Assembly (NCBI RefSeq): GCF_006345805.1
Contig: NC_042998.1
Span: 147,560,001 to 147,624,000 of the forward strand
From: Octopus sinensis
Lineage: Eukaryota
Direction of reading: 5' to 3'
Length of the DNA: 64,000 nt
Below the pieces are notes generated by a model that ran no database searches, had not been told where the DNA came from, and worked only from the letters and a program-made list of their open reading frames with translations. The stretch's first letter is position 1; each line of letters opens with the position of its first letter. Position numbers and translations under genes: made by a program. Positions 62,918-64,000 of the stretch are shown here, in pieces.

Positions 62918-64000
62918 ACATGTGTGTCTATGCAATGAAGCCAACAAACTATATATTCCCTGAACAAGTCTAATCCTTATGAGAACCAGAATCTCAATGG
63001 AGGGTAACTCCAAAAACAATGAGAAAACAGGATACACAAGGTTAACAAGAAAGAACATATACATATAAACAAACAACGAATTTACATGTCCCATCCTTAG
63101 CTGCCAAAAGATACCATTATAGTTTTGACACATGGACAGTACCATTTATTCTGGCTGCACCTACATCAAAAATATAAATGTTGCTTGGGAATAATAGACA
63201 TATTATGTGTGTGTATGTATGGTTATATACATATGTATATATGTTTGTATGTATAAATATGGGTACTGTTGTAATACTTCTGTACAAAATGATAGAGCTT
63301 TTGCCATTGTTTTCATAATGTGACTACAATTACTTAATGTGTAATCTAAATTTATTGGAGAGCCAATGATTATACTGACTCTGATTTTGTTTTTGTTTCC
63401 TTTATTTTTTCTAGCAGTTACTTTGTTTATATTAAACTGTTTTGTAGTTTTTGTTAAACCATTTCCCTTTAAAAGTTAACTTAAAATTTTCATTTTTCAT
63501 TTTCAGAGAAATCAATTTTATTGGCATTTGAAACTCTATTATTCAATCACATAAGTATTTGTTTTTTTTAAAATGCCTAAGATAATTTAAAATTATATGT
63601 GTGTTTAACTTAGTCTACCACATCATTGTAGAAGTGGGATGAGAGTAAAATAAAAGGAAAGTTGAAAACCTAAACAGAAATGATGAAATAGTATTTCTGT
63701 ATACATTAGGGTTAGACTTCAGTCTGTCCCTTGGACTCATAAGGACCTGATTTTCAATGTGTATTAGCAGCAGAGGTTACAACACTCCTCATCTTCTGAA
63801 CAGGAAGCTAGTCCAAAGCAGTTATTGCTGGGACTCATTTATAGCTGAGAGGACTGGAACAACATAAAATGAAGTGTTTTGCTCAAGAACACAAATTGGT
63901 AGATAGAATCTCTAAAAACAAACAATTTTTACAACACAGTCCAGAATAGACACAATTTGGGACACAACTCTTCATACCTTACACTTTTGAAAATCAAATG

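Noticed and set aside
57498-63170. Further isolated exon-like segments (~57550-57720 minus, 60510-60560 plus, ~63085-63160 minus)
   Set aside because: Splice-like signals only, on conflicting strands, with no recognisable peptide; not distinguishable from background by eye.

Overview
AT-rich, repeat-dominated eukaryotic DNA. The SINE families, (TA)n/(CAT)n arrays and LINE mix suggest a coleoid cephalopod, probably Octopus; this is inferred from repeat content only. I recognise no host protein-coding gene, tRNA, rRNA or CRISPR. Almost every long ORF in the track is a transposon remnant or a microsatellite read-through. Mobile elements present: RTE LINEs of several families (one nearly intact, with a PHD finger inside its RT ORF; one ending in three C2H2 fingers), two CR1-type LINEs, single Tx1/L1-type, CRE-type, Ingi/Vingi-type and Rex3-like remnants, a mariner, a maT (DD37D), a Helitron, hAT and piggyBac-type MITEs, a Penelope-like terminus and at least three tRNA-derived SINE families. 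Three CpG-retaining islands (~14.5-15.5, ~40-41.9 and ~48.6-49.7 kb) carry outward-facing splice donors and look like divergent promoters, so the rest is probably intronic. The most interesting observations concern mechanism: (1) a CRE element split into an inverted RT half and a direct endonuclease half, as expected from twin priming; (2) several locally templated insertions; (3) SINE 3' tails matching Tx1 and CR1 LINE tails within the window, including a covarying stem-loop; (4) an RTE family that repeatedly sits in (TA)n; (5) a minimal hammerhead-like motif. Coordinates were read by eye and many repeat boundaries are approximate.
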